Source of the DNA: Candidatus Omnitrophota bacterium
GTDB lineage: Bacteria > Omnitrophota > Gorgyraeia > JABMRG01
Direction: 5' to 3'
NCBI GenBank assembly: GCA_041650035.1
Contig: JBAZLY010000002.1
Location: 15,436-79,435 of the forward strand
Length of the DNA: 64,000 bases
A model generated the notes under the pieces. That model searched no databases. It saw only the letters and a list, made by a program, of their open reading frames with translations, and had not been told where the DNA came from. Made by a program: the position numbers and the translations under genes. This document shows positions 62,965-64,000 of the stretch, piece by piece. Position 1 is the first letter of the stretch, and every line of letters begins with the position of its first letter.

Positions 62965-64000
62965 TAGTCGCCTCTTATAACCTTGATTATATTCTCTTTC
63001 CCGCTCTTTACCGCGTAATAAACGCTTGCCATAAAAGACACACCCAGGAAAAGCGCGGTCGCGTAGATATAACTGTTTATCTCAAACATCGGATAAAGAT
63101 CCCCGAAAGGCATTACGATAGGATGGGCTTTAAGATACATCTGCAACAGACAATAAAGACCTGTCCCGGTAACTACTCCTATCACGGCAAACAATATCCC
63201 CTCAATGATAAAGAACGTTAAAAATATCCTGCCTTTTATGCCGATAGCCCTTAGGATACCTGTTGTTCTGCGTTTTTTCTGTGTATTGTAAAACACGATA
63301 AACGCGACCAATATTGCCGCGCAGATAATGCTTACGCCAAAAGTGATAATGCTTATAAGGTTAAAACCGTAAACAAGGTCATCTGTCCCGTAATCATCGC
63401 GGTCCTTCCAGTGTTTCAACTCCACGTCAAGATTGTAAGGCTTATACATGCTGGCGCCTTCCTGATCGATCTTCATATCATCCTTAAGGCGTATGAACAC
63501 ACTTGATGACCTATCCTGCAGTGTCGCAACATTTCTTAAGGTCTGCAAAGGTATAAAGATGCTGTTATTAGCTATGTAATCCCTGAAATCAGCAACACCT
63601 ACTATCTTGACATATTTGTCCTTATAGACATCTTTATTGAACTTGTCTATATTGTATTCTTTGATGAATATGCCCTTCGCGGTGTCTTCAAGCGCGATAT
63701 CCTCATTAATAGGTATCTTTAATTTAAAACGCCTCTTTAAGATCTTTCCCAATATTATCTCTTCCGAAACCGGCCCTGAAAAATATCTGCCCTCAACGAT
63801 ACTATTCTTCAGGTCCATAACCTGTTCGCCGAACTCAAGCCCCCAGGCCATGGTGACTATCCTTGAACCCTTATACTCCAAAACGCAGGGCATCTCAAGC
63901 ACAGGGGTCATCTCGCCTATCGTCGTATTAAGGCCTATAGCGGCCATAACACGCTGTGTGTCATATATATACGATTGCCCCCTTAAAGGCGTAGCGTAGA
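62964..64000 (-). CDS. FtsX/MacB-type ABC permease (LolE/DevC-like), 5-prime end beyond the window
   Basis: Large periplasmic MacB_PCD-like domain and C-terminal 3-TM FtsX domain; frame open to the window edge; stop overlaps the ATPase start. Confidence 0.7.
   Translation of the reverse strand, partial: YATPLRGQSYIYDTQRVMAAIGLNTTIGEMTPVLEMPCVLEYKGSRIVTMAWGLEFGEQVMDLKNSIVEGRYFSGPVSEEIILGKILKRRFKLKIPINEDIALEDTAKGIFIKEYNIDKFNKDVYKDKYVKIVGVADFRDYIANNSIFIPLQTLRNVATLQDRSSSVFIRLKDDMKIDQEGASMYKPYNLDVELKHWKDRDDYGTDDLVYGFNLISIITFGVSIICAAILVAFIVFYNTQKKRRTTGILRAIGIKGRIFLTFFIIEGILFAVIGVVTGTGLYCLLQMYLKAHPIVMPFGDLYPMFEINSYIYATALFLGVSFMASVYYAVKSGKENIIKVIRGD

Overview
This 64-kb window is a gene-dense chromosomal segment from a bacterium of about 45% GC. 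An AsmA-like protein, a LolD/LolE-type ABC exporter and an ArnT-like GT39 glycosyltransferase point to a diderm envelope. I found no rRNA, tRNA, CRISPR array, integrase or transposase.

Gene orientation is strongly polarized:
- Every CDS from 1 to 25450 is on the plus strand.
- Every CDS from 29124 to 64000 is on the minus strand.
- The two blocks converge on an AT-rich island (25451-25896) carrying a 28-bp dif-like XerC/XerD site, which is consistent with a replication terminus.
- A small lexA / Y-family polymerase module and a tRNA-dihydrouridine synthase (dus) sit in the switch zone.

The plus block carries housekeeping genes (nth, maf, greA, cspA, rlmB, rlmN, ppiC) and a mixed set of accessory functions:
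- an orphan AmmeMemoRadiSam radical SAM enzyme
- two nitroreductases
- two YkgJ cysteine-cluster proteins
- a GT28 glycolipid synthase overlapping an AsmA-like protein
- a PC4-like ssDNA-binding protein
- a chagasin-like inhibitor
- a divergent stand-alone GuaA ATP-pyrophosphatase paralog
- an unannotated 58-aa Cys-rich micro-protein

The minus block is a long co-directional run centred on glutamine, 2-oxoglutarate and NADPH metabolism: glnA, icd, nfnAB-like, gdhA, carB, guaA, and purL-purF translationally coupled to a DUF1846 protein. It continues through typA and the dnaG-rpoD operon with Nif3-like and cvpA genes.

The block ends in the most unusual part of the window. Two tandem paralogous 7TM-GAF-HD-GYP c-di-GMP phosphodiesterases sit directly downstream of a tightly packed operon encoding a LolDE/DevCA-type ABC exporter, a KAS II, a dedicated ACP and a hotdog thioesterase. 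This is a candidate lipid synthesis and export system linked to c-di-GMP signalling, and it is cut off by the window edge.
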